64,000 nucleotides of DNA from assembly GCA_016937175.1 (NCBI GenBank), contig JAFGWL010000001.1, positions 1,394-65,393 of the forward strand, read 5' to 3'. The stretch is from Candidatus Mcinerneyibacteriota bacterium (GTDB lineage: Bacteria > Macinerneyibacteriota > Macinerneyibacteria > Macinerneyibacteriales > DSCS01). The position numbers were made by a program, and so were the translations under genes. Positions 39,038 to 49,495 of this stretch are shown piece by piece. The notes under the pieces were generated by a model. The model was given only the letters and a program-made list of their open reading frames with translations, was not told where the DNA came from and ran no database searches. Position 1 is the stretch's first letter. Each line of letters begins with the position of its first letter.

Positions 39038-40432
39038 TCATATTTCGATTACTTTCATCATATTTGTGGTTCCTTTGACTCCAAGAGGGACCCCCGCGGT
39101 GATGACAAAGATATCTCCCGGGTGGGCGATCCCTTCATGGACCAGGATCTTTCTGGCTTCCTCGATCATTTCATCGGTATTGTCATAAAAACAGGTTGTG
39201 ATGGTAGAGGTCCCGAAGACCCCTGCCAGCTTTTTTGAGACATGTGAATTCGGCGTAAAGGAGATAATGGGGATGGGAGGCCTGAATTTTGCAACGCGGA
39301 GGGCTGTGGTTCCCGATGAGGTAAAGCAGATGATTGCCTTGGCCTGGAGGGAGACGGCGGCTTCGATGGAGGCGTAGCTGATGGCATCGCTGATGTTCAT
39401 CTTATCCATAGGGATCTTATCTTTCATGGTCTTGTAGTCGATATCAGCCTCTGTGGTGACAGCCACCTCTATCAGTGTCCGGACGGCTTCAAGCGGATAA
39501 CGTCCTGCAGCAGTCTCTCCGGTCAGCATAAGGGCATCTACCGAATCGTAGATCGCGGTAGCGATATCGGTGACCTCGGCACGGGTCGCGCGTGGGTGTT
39601 CCCGCATGGATTCCAGCATCTGCGTAGCGATGATCACCGGCTTTCCTTTTTTCCGCGCTGCAGCGATGATATTCTTCTGTATGACGGGTATCGCTGTCAG
39701 GGGCATCTGGACTCCGAGGTCGCCACGCGCCACGAGGATCATGTCGGCGGCCTCTGTGATAGCATCGATGTTCTGAGCGGCCATGGGGTGTTCGATCTTG
39801 GCGATGAGGGAGACATGATCCGGGATCATAGCCCGGATCGCTTTAATTTCCTTGTCGCTTTTGATCATGGATGCAGCGATGAGATCCAGCCCCTCCTCAA
39901 GGGAAAAAGCGATATCTCCTTTGTCTTTGTCTGTAAGAAGGGGGAAAGGGATATCGACCCCGGGGAAATGAGCGCTTTTCCCGGGAAGGACGGTTCCCGG
40001 ATTAAGGGCTTTGAGGCGGGCCCGGTCGGAAAAGACCTCGGTGATCTCAAGCTCAACATTTCCGTCATCGATCAAAACCCGTACCCCGGGCTTCAACAAA
40101 TCTTCCAGATGACTCACGCCGGTCAGGCTGAATTCACCGTCAGAAGAGGGATCTCCTTTAAAGCGGAGCACAAGAAGTTCATTTTTGCTGAAAGAGAGGG
40201 GTCCCGGACAGGATGTCCGTAATTCGGCGCCCTTGAGGTCGGCCATGATCGGCATCTCAGGGGATAGGTCTTTGATCTTTCTGATCAGCTTGCGGTAGGT
40301 GGCATAATCGCCGTGGGAGAAATTGATCCGGAAAAGGTCTGTCCCCATGTTGATAAGTTCTCGGAGGATCGACTCGTCATAGGACGCCGGACCCAGCGAG
40401 ACTATGATCTTGGTCTTTCTTTTCGAAAACAT
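39038..40432 (-). CDS. pyk: Pyruvate kinase
   Basis: RKTKII..LGPA, RINFSHG, IAKIE, VARGDLG, ATQMLESM, PRATRAE, GTTNMMKV. Confidence 0.96.
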   Translation of the reverse strand: MFSKRKTKIIVSLGPASYDESILRELINMGTDLFRINFSHGDYATYRKLIRKIKDLSPEMPIMADLKGAELRTSCPGPLSFSKNELLVLRFKGDPSSDGEFSLTGVSHLEDLLKPGVRVLIDDGNVELEITEVFSDRARLKALNPGTVLPGKSAHFPGVDIPFPLLTDKDKGDIAFSLEEGLDLIAASMIKSDKEIKAIRAMIPDHVSLIAKIEHPMAAQNIDAITEAADMILVARGDLGVQMPLTAIPVIQKNIIAAARKKGKPVIIATQMLESMREHPRATRAEVTDIATAIYDSVDALMLTGETAAGRYPLEAVRTLIEVAVTTEADIDYKTMKDKIPMDKMNISDAISYASIEAAVSLQAKAIICFTSSGTTALRVAKFRPPIPIISFTPNSHVSKKLAGVFGTSTITTCFYDNTDEMIEEARKILVHEGIAHPGDIFVITAGVPLGVKGTTNMMKVIEI

Positions 40433-40491
40433 AGGCCTCCTCATCAGCTTAATGTTTACTATATCTTATGTGGAGCCAAAATTCAAGGGCA

Positions 40492-41283
40492 TTAAAAGAA
40501 AGCACGGTACGTGATAGTGACATTCCGGGCGATCTTATTATACTCTTCCCCGATCATGACTCCGTCCTCTGGATCGGTGTTAAAGTTTCCGAAGAGGTTG
40601 ATCAGGTGAAAATCAATGATCAATTCGGGGACAAAGGTCCAGCGGGCTCCCAGGTTAAAATATCCCTTACCGTCACCCAGGCAGGTCTCTCCGTTGTCGT
40701 TCAGCCCCAGATCCCATTCAGCCAGAAGCGAAAGCTCTTCGTTAAGCTTTTTTTCTCCTCCGAAAAAGATATTGATGCCGTCTTTTTCTTCAAGGTCGGT
40801 TGCTTCGGTAGTGTAGTTGACCCCGCCGTGAAGGACCATTCCTCCGAAGAGATTCATCTCTTTGCTGGCCACAGCATGGAACCCGCGGGATTTGATCAGA
40901 TAGCGTTCCAATCCATCTATATATTTACCCCATCCGATGGAAGAGTAACCCACAGAGAGAGCCGGCATGGCGTATCGCTCCTCAAAAAGGTTATATTTTA
41001 TAAGGAACTCGACTCTGGGATACCAGTCGATCTCTTCATTCCCGATGACATTCTCTCCTCCGTAGGAGACACCCAGCATAAGCCGGTTTGTCAGGGAGAC
41101 AGCTGCGTGAGTGCGGAAAGGAGACATTTCAATATGCATCTCATACTGTCCCTTCTGGCCGGTATAAGCCGAGGGAAAGAGAAGGATGTCTGTCCCTGAA
41201 GGCGTATGAAGAGGCGTAAAAGATTGTGCTCCCGCAGAAAAGACAAGAGCGAAAAGAAGAAGAAGAAGAGTTACAGAACGCAT
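40492..41283 (-). CDS. Exported protein, probable outer-membrane beta-barrel (YjbH-like)
   Basis: Signal peptide, PSAYT N-motif, amphipathic beta strands, terminal Phe. Confidence 0.55.
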   Translation of the reverse strand: MRSVTLLLLLFALVFSAGAQSFTPLHTPSGTDILLFPSAYTGQKGQYEMHIEMSPFRTHAAVSLTNRLMLGVSYGGENVIGNEEIDWYPRVEFLIKYNLFEERYAMPALSVGYSSIGWGKYIDGLERYLIKSRGFHAVASKEMNLFGGMVLHGGVNYTTEATDLEEKDGINIFFGGEKKLNEELSLLAEWDLGLNDNGETCLGDGKGYFNLGARWTFVPELIIDFHLINLFGNFNTDPEDGVMIGEEYNKIARNVTITYRAFF

Positions 41284-41292
41284 AGGTACCTC

Positions 41293-44200
41293 CTATTTTT
41301 TCAGTTCTATATGGTAACGTTCCCGGCCGATGAGCCGGCGCAGGCTGGTTAAAAAAGCTTCTTCAAGAGAAACGGTATACTGGGAATCGCTGCGTATAAT
41401 GATCTCCCGGTCATCATGAAAGACGTGAAAAAGGACGGGAGAGGGCCCGGGAAACTCGAGAAAAAGATTGAGAAGCTTTTCGGAAAGGCCACGAGCGGTT
41501 TCCTGCGACTGGAGATGCAGGTGGAGGACTTTCGTCCTGCTTTCATAGAGCTCCTCCCGGGACTGGATTTCATCGATACGTATTTTCAAAGATTTTTTTT
41601 CCGTGTTGTCTTCAGAGTCCGTCTCAAACTCGTCGATGATGATGCGGCCGGTGATAAAAAGAAGTTTTTCCTCTTCGAACAGGCCGGCATACTTTTCGGC
41701 TGTTCCGTTAAAGGCTATGAAGGGGATCTCGGCGGTCATGTCTTCGAAGGTGCCGGTCACATATTTTTTCCCCTCTTTAGAAAGGCGCCGGGATATGGCA
41801 CTGAAGATCCCTCCCAGGGTGAAGGACCGGGAGTTGAGCTCGGAAACCGGGAGCTGAAAAAGTGTGCGGACATCGGTGTCGCTCAGCCGGGCGATAAGGC
41901 CGGTATAATCTTCAAGCATGTGGCCGCTGAAATAGACTCCCAATGCCTCTTTTTCATGTCTGTATTTATCCCAATTTCTCCACTCTTCCATCTCAGGAAG
42001 ATGGATCTCATCGACTTCATCGGATTCCTCAAAAAGGGAGACCAGGCCCCTGGCTTTATTCTCCTGGATCTTTCTGCCCACCTCCATAAGATGGTCAAGT
42101 TCCACCCAGAGGGTTCTCCGGTTGCTCCCCAGGGAATCGAGGGCTCCGCTGTAAATAAGGTATTCCAAAACCTTTCTGTTGACCTGCCGGTAATCGATGC
42201 GTTTGAAAAAATCGGATACAGACTGAAAAGGGCCGTTCTTCTGCCTCTCTTCCACAATAGACTCGATGGCGGCCCGGCCGACATTTTTTATGGATCCCAA
42301 GGCGTAACGGATAGAGTCGCCTTCGGGAGTAAAGTCTGCAAAACCGGTATTGATATCCGGGGGAAGGACCTGGATCCCCAGTTCACGGCACTCTTTAATC
42401 CCGAGGTCGATCCGTTCGGCGTTTCCGGAATCATTGGTGAGCTGGGCAGCCAGATACTCCTGAGGGTAATGGGCTTTGAGGTAAGCGGTCTGAAAAGCCA
42501 CATAGGCGTAACAGGCCGAATGGGATTTGTTGAAGCCATACTCGCCGAAACGTTCGATATAGCTCCAGAGCTCTTCCACGGTTTTGGGGTCGTGTCCCTT
42601 TTTGACTGCTCCCTGGATGAATTTTTTCCCCATCTCTTCTATGAGGGCCTGTTTCTTTTTAGCCATGGCTTTACGGAGGCTGTCGGCTTCCCCCATGGTA
42701 AATCCGGCGATGAGATTGGAGAGCCGCATGACCTGTTCCTGATAGACGATGACTCCATAGGTCTCGTCCAGGACTTCAGCCATGGGTTCAAAAAGGTAAC
42801 GGACTTGTTCACGGCCGTTTTTACGCATGATATAGGTGTCGATATTGCTCATAGGCCCGGGACGGTAAAGGGCGTTCATGGCGATGAGGTCTTCCAGACG
42901 TTCTGGTTTTAGCTTTTTCAGGTATTCCCGCATGCCTGAACTTTCAAATTGGAAGATCCCGAAGGTCTTTCCCTCTCCCAGCATCTGGAAGACAGCGCGG
43001 TCATCCAGGTCTAACTTATTGATATCCACGTCGATTCCCCGGGTCTCTTTGATCCGGCGGACAGCATCAGCGATGATGGACAAGTTCTTGAGTCCCAAAA
43101 AGTCGATTTTTAGAAGGCCTATCCGGTCGGCATCCACCATATCGAACTGTGTGGTAATATTGTCGTCTTTATCCTTATAAAGGGGGACGATGTTTTCCAG
43201 GGCGTCCCGGGCGATGACCACTCCTGCAGCATGTTTGGAGACGTGCCGCGAAAGCCCTTCCAGACGGACGGCGATGGCGTATACTTTCTGATATTCATCA
43301 TCTTCTTCGATAAGTTTTTTGAGGTCCTGGTCGTTTCGGACAGAATCCTCCAGGCTCCTTGCCTGAAGGGGGATCATTTTGGCCAGCTTATCGATCTTGG
43401 AGAGGTTGACATTGAGGACGCGCCCCACATCGCGGATGACCGCCCGTGCTTTCATCGTCCCGAAAGTCGCAATCTGGCAGACCTTTTCCTTTCCATATTT
43501 TTCTGTCACATAGTCGATGACTTCCTGACGTCCCACGTCGGCAATATCTACATCGATATCCGGCATGCTGACCCGCTCAGGGTTAAGGAAGCGCTCAAAG
43601 AGGAGATCATACTTCAGAGGATCCAGGCCGGTGATCCCGAGAGTATAGGAGATGATGCTGCCTGCGGCGGAGCCTCGACCGGGGCCCACGGGGATATCGT
43701 GGTCTTTGGCGTATTGGATGAAGTCCCGGACAATGAGAAAGTAGCTGGAGTAGCCCATATCGCGGATAATGCCCAGCTCGTAATCGAGCCTTTTCTGGAT
43801 CTCGGGTGTGATGACGGGGTAACGGGCCCGGGCGCCTTCATAACAGAGCTCCTTCAAGTAGGTATCAGGGTCATGTCCTTCGGGGACTTCAAAATGAGGG
43901 AAATGGGTGTTGCCGTCGTGGTCGAGCTCGTCTTCAAGCGCGTAGTGGCACATGTCACTGATATAAAGTGTGTTGGAAAGAGCTTCGGGGATATAGGAAA
44001 AGAGGGTTGACATCTCCTCATAATCTTTCAAATAAAAAGCGTTCCGGGGGAAAGAGAGCCGCTCCTCTTTGGGGTCATCGAAGGTCTTCTTCGTCTGGAG
44101 GCAGAGGAGGGCGTCATGGGCCTCGTAATCCTCTTTTAAAAGATAATGTGTGTCATTGGTGGCGGCCACAGGGATATCCAGGCGGGTAGCCAGTGAGATG

Positions 44201-44760
44201 AGTTCGGGCAGGACCTCCTTTTCTTCAGGGATCCCATGGTCCTGGAGCTCTATGAAAAAGCCGTCTTGGAAGAGTTCTTTGTAAAAGGAAGCCCGGGCCT
44301 CGGCCCCTGCCCGGTCTCCGGCAAGAAGCCTCTGGGGGATCTCTCCCTGGAGACAGGCGGACATGGCCAGGAGGCCTGATGCATGGTCTCTCAGAAGTTC
44401 ATGGTCAATCCGCGGTTTATAATAGAACCCCTCGATGTATGAGCGGGAGACCATTTTAATAAGGTTTTTATATCCTTCTTTTGACTTGACCAGAAGGATG
44501 AGGTGATAGTGTTTGCTTCGGTCCCGGGACTTTCTCTTTTCGGTGATATAGACTTCGCAGCCGAGGATAGGCTTAATGCCTTTTTTTTTCATGGCATCTA
44601 CGAATTTGACAGCTCCGAAAAGATTGCCGTGGTCTGTCAGGGCAAATGAGTACATACCCAGCTCCTGCAAACGGTCAGCGAGCTGGTCGAATTTCATCGC
44701 TCCGTCTAAAAGGCTGAATTCCGAATGGTTATGAAGGTGGACAAAGGGGGTCTGAGCCAT
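41293..44760 (-). CDS. dnaE: DNA polymerase III alpha subunit
   Basis: FVHLHNHSEFSLLDG, GPGRGSAAGS, RVSMPDIDVD, KIDFLGL, FQFESSGM, YGFNKSH. Confidence 0.97.
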   Translation of the reverse strand: MAQTPFVHLHNHSEFSLLDGAMKFDQLADRLQELGMYSFALTDHGNLFGAVKFVDAMKKKGIKPILGCEVYITEKRKSRDRSKHYHLILLVKSKEGYKNLIKMVSRSYIEGFYYKPRIDHELLRDHASGLLAMSACLQGEIPQRLLAGDRAGAEARASFYKELFQDGFFIELQDHGIPEEKEVLPELISLATRLDIPVAATNDTHYLLKEDYEAHDALLCLQTKKTFDDPKEERLSFPRNAFYLKDYEEMSTLFSYIPEALSNTLYISDMCHYALEDELDHDGNTHFPHFEVPEGHDPDTYLKELCYEGARARYPVITPEIQKRLDYELGIIRDMGYSSYFLIVRDFIQYAKDHDIPVGPGRGSAAGSIISYTLGITGLDPLKYDLLFERFLNPERVSMPDIDVDIADVGRQEVIDYVTEKYGKEKVCQIATFGTMKARAVIRDVGRVLNVNLSKIDKLAKMIPLQARSLEDSVRNDQDLKKLIEEDDEYQKVYAIAVRLEGLSRHVSKHAAGVVIARDALENIVPLYKDKDDNITTQFDMVDADRIGLLKIDFLGLKNLSIIADAVRRIKETRGIDVDINKLDLDDRAVFQMLGEGKTFGIFQFESSGMREYLKKLKPERLEDLIAMNALYRPGPMSNIDTYIMRKNGREQVRYLFEPMAEVLDETYGVIVYQEQVMRLSNLIAGFTMGEADSLRKAMAKKKQALIEEMGKKFIQGAVKKGHDPKTVEELWSYIERFGEYGFNKSHSACYAYVAFQTAYLKAHYPQEYLAAQLTNDSGNAERIDLGIKECRELGIQVLPPDINTGFADFTPEGDSIRYALGSIKNVGRAAIESIVEERQKNGPFQSVSDFFKRIDYRQVNRKVLEYLIYSGALDSLGSNRRTLWVELDHLMEVGRKIQENKARGLVSLFEESDEVDEIHLPEMEEWRNWDKYRHEKEALGVYFSGHMLEDYTGLIARLSDTDVRTLFQLPVSELNSRSFTLGGIFSAISRRLSKEGKKYVTGTFEDMTAEIPFIAFNGTAEKYAGLFEEEKLLFITGRIIIDEFETDSEDNTEKKSLKIRIDEIQSREELYESRTKVLHLHLQSQETARGLSEKLLNLFLEFPGPSPVLFHVFHDDREIIIRSDSQYTVSLEEAFLTSLRRLIGRERYHIELKK

Positions 44761-44772
44761 ATAAAGAAGAGA

Positions 44773-46314
44773 TCACTCCCATTCGATAGTCGCGGGGGGT
44801 TTGGAGCTGATATCATAGACGACACGGTTTACGCCGCGGACTTCGTTGATGATCCTGTTAGAAATACGGCCAAGGAGGTCATAGGGGACTTTAGCCCAGT
44901 CAGCTGTCATCCCGTCCAGGGACTCCACCATGCGGACAGCTATGGTGTTTTCATAGGTGCGTTCGTCTCCCATGACTCCCACGGAGCGAACCGGAAGAAG
45001 GACGCAGAAAGCCTGCCAGATCTTGTCATATTGATCGGCGGCCCTGATCTCGTCGATGGCAATGGCGTCGGCTTCTCTGAGGACCTGAAGACGTTCGTCA
45101 GTGATCTCGCCGATGACCCGGATCCCGAGGCCGGGCCCGGGAAAGGGATGGCGGTTAACCATCTCGTCGGGGAGTCCCAGCTCCCGTCCCAACTCCCTGA
45201 CTTCATCTTTAAAGAGCTCTCTCAGCGGCTCTATGAGCTTTAAATCCATCTTTTCAGGCAACCCCCCTACATTGTGGTGGGATTTAATCGTAGCAGAAGG
45301 CCCTTTAAAGGAGACACTTTCAATGACATCGGGGTAGAGAGTTCCCTGAGCCAGGAATTCGGCTCCGGGAATGGAGCGGGCTTCGCGCTCAAAGATCTCC
45401 ACAAAGATGCGCCCGATGATCTTGCGCTTTTGTTCAGGATCGGTGACTCCCTCCAGCCCGGCAAGAAAATCATGTGAGGCATCGATAAAGCGGAGGTTCA
45501 TGGAAAAAGCGTCCCGGAAGGTGGTGATGACCTGATCGGCTTCGTTTTTACGCAAAAGCCCGTTATTGACAAAGATCGGGACCAGCTGGCCTCCCACGGC
45601 TTTGTGGAGGAGAAGGGCCACCACAGAAGAGTCTACACCACCGCTCAACCCGAGGATGATAGTCTTGTCTCCGACTTGTTTGCGGACATCACGGATAGTG
45701 TTTTCGATGAAGACACCCATGGTCCAGTCTGGACTCAGATGGGCCACCGAAAAGAGAAAATTTCTTAAAAATTGTTTTCCGTAGACCGAATGGATGACTT
45801 CAGGATGAAACTGGACCCCGTAAAGGGGACGGTCTGTATGACGCATCACAGCAAATTCGGTATTGTCAGTCCGGGCGATCTCCATAAATCCTTCAGGGAG
45901 GCTTTTGACTTTATCGCCATGGCTCATCCAAACGGTGCTGTCATCGGGCAGCCCTCTCAGGATCGGGTCATCGGGGTGGGTGATCCGGAGCCGGGCAGAT
46001 CCGAACTCTCTTTTATCTCCCTGGACGACTTCTCCTCCCATGGCGTCGGCCATGAGCTGCATGCCGTAACAGATCCCGAGAATAGGAATCTGCAGAGAAA
46101 AGATACCGCTGTCGCAACGAGGCCCCTCATTGATCACGGAGGAGGGGCTTCCGGATAGAATAACAGCCACGGGGTCCATGGCTTTGATCTGTTCCAGGGG
46201 GAGATTGAATGGATGAATCTCGCAATATACATGTTCTTCCCGGATGCGCCGGGCGATGAGTTGGGTATATTGGGAACCGAAGTCCAATATAAGCAAAGGT
46301 AGACGTGCAGACAT
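44773..46314 (-). CDS. guaA: GMP synthase (glutamine-hydrolysing)
   Basis: [54 protein letters not shown]. Confidence 0.97.
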   Translation of the reverse strand: MSARLPLLILDFGSQYTQLIARRIREEHVYCEIHPFNLPLEQIKAMDPVAVILSGSPSSVINEGPRCDSGIFSLQIPILGICYGMQLMADAMGGEVVQGDKREFGSARLRITHPDDPILRGLPDDSTVWMSHGDKVKSLPEGFMEIARTDNTEFAVMRHTDRPLYGVQFHPEVIHSVYGKQFLRNFLFSVAHLSPDWTMGVFIENTIRDVRKQVGDKTIILGLSGGVDSSVVALLLHKAVGGQLVPIFVNNGLLRKNEADQVITTFRDAFSMNLRFIDASHDFLAGLEGVTDPEQKRKIIGRIFVEIFEREARSIPGAEFLAQGTLYPDVIESVSFKGPSATIKSHHNVGGLPEKMDLKLIEPLRELFKDEVRELGRELGLPDEMVNRHPFPGPGLGIRVIGEITDERLQVLREADAIAIDEIRAADQYDKIWQAFCVLLPVRSVGVMGDERTYENTIAVRMVESLDGMTADWAKVPYDLLGRISNRIINEVRGVNRVVYDISSKPPATIEWE

Positions 46315-46344
46315 GAAATCCTCCCTCTGTTTAACCGAAAAAAC

Positions 46345-46382
46345 TGTGTTTTCAGTATATCAGCGGGGAGGGGGTCTGGCAA
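46345..46382 (-). promoter_or_regulatory. guaA promoter with downstream GAAAACACA motif
   Basis: TTGCCA-17 nt-TATACT-GAAAACACA on the - strand. Confidence 0.7.
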
Positions 46383-46400
46383 CAGATTTCAGGGAGGGGA

Positions 46401-46431
46401 AAAAGAAAAAGGGGGGAGGGATCCTCCCCCC
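46401..46431 (-). terminator. Intrinsic terminator after glutaredoxin
   Basis: GGGGGGAGG-GAT-CCTCCCCCC stem with T-tract on the - strand. Confidence 0.75.
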
Positions 46432-46437
46432 GGGGGA

Positions 46438-46668
46438 TCAGAGGCCTAAGGCTTTGTCGATCTCAGGTTTGTTAAATCCGATGATGATCTTGCCGTTGAT
46501 ATCTACAACGGGAACACCCATCTGGCCTGACTTACGCACCATCTCCTGGGCTTTAGCCTGGTCTCTGGAGACATCGAAATCGGTATAAGCGATCTTCTTC
46601 TGTTCCAGGTAGCTTTTCACCATTTTGCAATAGGTGCAGGTCGGAGTGGAATAGATTGTAATATTCAT
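46438..46668 (-). CDS. Glutaredoxin-like (NrdH/YruB) protein
   Basis: YSTPTCTYC, GQMGVPV, IIGFN. Confidence 0.9.
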   Translation of the reverse strand: MNITIYSTPTCTYCKMVKSYLEQKKIAYTDFDVSRDQAKAQEMVRKSGQMGVPVVDINGKIIIGFNKPEIDKALGL

Positions 46669-46955
46669 TGAGAGACCTCCTTTGTTAAGAGAGAGATAAA
46701 TTGTCTGACATCATCATCCAGGATGGCATAACACATGGATACTCCTTCACGACTACAGCGGATCATCCCGAGCCGGCGCATGATGGAGAGATGTTGTGAA
46801 ACCGCCGGCTGGCTCACACGATACTTTTCCATGATCCTTTTCAAGTCATAGGAGCCGTGATAGAGATCCAAAAGGATCTCAAGCCGGACAGGATGTCCCA
46901 TGGCTTTCAGTTTTTCGGCCCACAAATGAAGTTTATCCATATTCTTTGCTTCCAT
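46665..46955 (-). CDS. ArsR/SmtB transcriptional regulator
   Basis: KAMGHPVRLEIL, SQPAVSQHL, REG..MCY. Confidence 0.9.
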   Translation of the reverse strand: MEAKNMDKLHLWAEKLKAMGHPVRLEILLDLYHGSYDLKRIMEKYRVSQPAVSQHLSIMRRLGMIRCSREGVSMCYAILDDDVRQFISLLTKEVSQ

Positions 46956-46961
46956 GAGTTA

Positions 46962-46989
46962 AGTATATAAGAATATTCTTATATGTCAA
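46962..46989 (-). promoter_or_regulatory. ArsR promoter/operator
   Basis: Perfect 20-bp palindrome ATATAAGAATATTCTTATAT (46965-46984) filling the spacer of TTGACA-16 nt-TATACT. Confidence 0.8.
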
Positions 46990-47020
46990 GAGAAAAAATC
47001 CCTTTCCTTGCCCCTTTTTT

Positions 47021-49483
47021 CTAATTCCATACGTCTGTGGTGATCTTGATGGTACTGGCCAGCTGATAAAGGATGGTCGTCCAATCCTTCAGGTGCTCCA
47101 CAAATGAGATCCTGGGTTCAGCCGGAGGGACGATCACGGTGTCGCCGGGGAAGATCAGCGCATTGAGAAACTTATCTCTGAAAAGGGTGGCCACACGCGA
47201 CTCATCGTCGATGAAGTAGGGAGAGATGATCCTTCCGTTGGCTTTAATGACGAAAGCGCGTGAGAGGTCTCCTCTGGGGGTAGCTCCCCCGGTCATCCGG
47301 ATGTAATCTTTGACACGGTTCTGCCCGGCATGGTAAACGAAGGTCCCCGGGCTGTTGACTTCGCCCATCACTGTGACGGCATCGGGGTTCCGGGGGACAA
47401 AAAGGGTATCCCCGTCTCTGACAGGGATATTGTAAGAAGAGCGGGAAAAGGCGTCAAGGTCTTTACCGAGGTCTATGATCAGGCGTCCGGTGACCTGAGC
47501 GTTTTTCATCTCTTCGAGCCTTTTTTTGTAAAGGGGGAGAAGTGCGGCTGAGCGGCTCTCCTGGCGGGATTCCATGGCCGTGATAGTGCTTTCCATGGTC
47601 CGGACTAATTCCTCAAGGTGTTGTTTTTGGATCTCTTTGACCGATTCCCGGGTGAAGACAGCTCCACGGATATAAGCTTCGCCGGTGAAACCGCCGGCCC
47701 GTCTGAGAATATCGGCCAGGTTTTCCCCCTCTCTGGCGTAGTAGACTCCGGGATAGGCCACCTCTCCTGAAAGGGTTATGGCACGGTTCTCTTCAAAGTC
47801 GGCCAGCCGGCGGACAAAGATCTTGTCAAAGGGGTTCAGATAAAAATTCACGGCAGGGTCGTTGGGGCGGCCCAGAACATCCGATAGAGCAAAGACTGAG
47901 ACGTCGATCTTCTCGACCCGGTTATCAGAGACTTTGAGGGTCACATATTCAGCCTCTTTGAGATTTGCCGTGTTGGTGAGTCCCTGAGCCAGATGGATCA
48001 AGTCCACCACTGTCATGCCGGGGATGTATTGAAAAGAGCCCGGTTGACGGACTTCTCCAAGGATAAAGACAGGGGGCCGGTCCTGCATCTCCTTTTTACT
48101 GTAGAGGGTAATGATATCTTCCGGCTGGAGAAGGAGGTCGGCTTCAGCAGCTTCTTCAAACAAAGCTTTCTGCAGATTGACTGGAAGGATGCGGGTGGTG
48201 TTTTCCGGATATACTCTGCGAGTGACCGTGGCATACTCCATATAGGTCTCGGGAAGCAGAAGGTCTGTCCGGACGAGGTCGGAAAAGGTCATGCCTTCTG
48301 TCCACTGGAACTTACGCGGGGTGGAGACATACCCTTCCAGAGAGACGGCATTCAGGTCTTCCCGGGTCATGGGTATGGGATAGATCCTGAGAATATCCCC
48401 GTCTCGGGGGGAAAGAGTCCCCAGGTTGTCCCGGTTAAGAGTGGTGAGAATGCGGCCTTTGTCTTTTTCAAAGGACTCAAGAGAGATATTGACTCCGTAG
48501 GCTGAAGCGGTCATCCCGCCTGCCAGGGTGATGATATCACTCCAGGATTCCCCCTCTTTGACTTCGTAAAGGGCGGGACGGCGGACATTCCCCGCTACAG
48601 CGACCAGCGGCCCCATAGGGGCGATATGGATGATATCCCCGTCCATGAGATAGGTGTCGTCTGAAGAGTCTCCGTTTAACAGAAAATCATAAAGGTCGAT
48701 GGTTTTGACCAGGCGTCCCCCGCGGTTCAGCCGGATAGAACGAAGGGAGCCTGTAGGAGAGGGGCCTCCCGATGAAAAGACCGCATTGATCACAGAAGCC
48801 AGTCCCGAAAGAGTATAAGAGCCTGGAGCTGCTGCATCACCCGTGACGAAGATGCGGACAGTCTTGACCTCGGTCAGGGCGATCTCAAAATCGGTTCCTG
48901 TGGAGATGCTCTCCCTGAGACGTGCTTTGAGCCCTCCCAGAGTAAGCCCGGCTACTGACATGCGGCCGAAATGGGAAGAGGAGATATTTCCGTTTGTATT
49001 GACCGTGACCTCGAGGTCGGTCATGGTGGTTCCCCAGATAGTGATCCTGAGACGATCCCCCGGGCCCAGGATATAATTGTCATTGACGGGAGCATTGGTC
49101 ACAGGGGCGTAGGTAGAGGGGGCGTCAAAAAAACGGCGGCCAAACAGGGTCAGAGATGAAATATCGAGGGGGTAGTCGTATCCTGATTCATTGAAATAGT
49201 ATCGCTGAAAGAAGGGGGGCTGTTCGGGAGATGGGGAGGACGGCGGTTCCTGCCCATCTTCCGGAGTCCTGTCTTTCTGGCCGGGAAAAGATCGGGCCTT
49301 GAAGGGGGCTTCCTGAGTCTCATAGGAGTCGAGAGCCTGTGAGAGCTGTTCCATCTCTTCGGGGGTAAAGGACTCTCCCCGGAGATACTTCTGGATGAGG
49401 GCTTCCTGGCCGGCGGGGCTCAGGGCGGAAACAGAAACTGAGAAGATCAAAGCCAGCAGGAAAAGAAGTACAAAGCGTCTCAT
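47021..49483 (-). CDS. Polysaccharide export protein with SLBB repeats (Wza/KpsD-like)
   Basis: Y.LGPGD.L.I..WG Poly_export motif, repeated V.GEV..PG and AGG SLBB units, signal peptide. Confidence 0.88.
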   Translation of the reverse strand: MRRFVLLFLLALIFSVSVSALSPAGQEALIQKYLRGESFTPEEMEQLSQALDSYETQEAPFKARSFPGQKDRTPEDGQEPPSSPSPEQPPFFQRYYFNESGYDYPLDISSLTLFGRRFFDAPSTYAPVTNAPVNDNYILGPGDRLRITIWGTTMTDLEVTVNTNGNISSSHFGRMSVAGLTLGGLKARLRESISTGTDFEIALTEVKTVRIFVTGDAAAPGSYTLSGLASVINAVFSSGGPSPTGSLRSIRLNRGGRLVKTIDLYDFLLNGDSSDDTYLMDGDIIHIAPMGPLVAVAGNVRRPALYEVKEGESWSDIITLAGGMTASAYGVNISLESFEKDKGRILTTLNRDNLGTLSPRDGDILRIYPIPMTREDLNAVSLEGYVSTPRKFQWTEGMTFSDLVRTDLLLPETYMEYATVTRRVYPENTTRILPVNLQKALFEEAAEADLLLQPEDIITLYSKKEMQDRPPVFILGEVRQPGSFQYIPGMTVVDLIHLAQGLTNTANLKEAEYVTLKVSDNRVEKIDVSVFALSDVLGRPNDPAVNFYLNPFDKIFVRRLADFEENRAITLSGEVAYPGVYYAREGENLADILRRAGGFTGEAYIRGAVFTRESVKEIQKQHLEELVRTMESTITAMESRQESRSAALLPLYKKRLEEMKNAQVTGRLIIDLGKDLDAFSRSSYNIPVRDGDTLFVPRNPDAVTVMGEVNSPGTFVYHAGQNRVKDYIRMTGGATPRGDLSRAFVIKANGRIISPYFIDDESRVATLFRDKFLNALIFPGDTVIVPPAEPRISFVEHLKDWTTILYQLASTIKITTDVWN

Positions 49484-49495
49484 GAGAAGCCTCCT

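Noticed and set aside
41416-42912. 498-aa + strand ORF (and similar long ORFs at 8978, 29356, 43231, 53217, 59931)
   Set aside because: Antisense shadows of well-supported genes (dnaE, dnaN, thrS, purL, rpl genes) with no recognisable motifs
41293-44760. Intein or split in dnaE
   Set aside because: Normal length, contiguous motifs, no intein signature seen
46315-46345. Purine riboswitch before guaA (or purL)
   Set aside because: The leaders are only about 30 nt, too short for an aptamer
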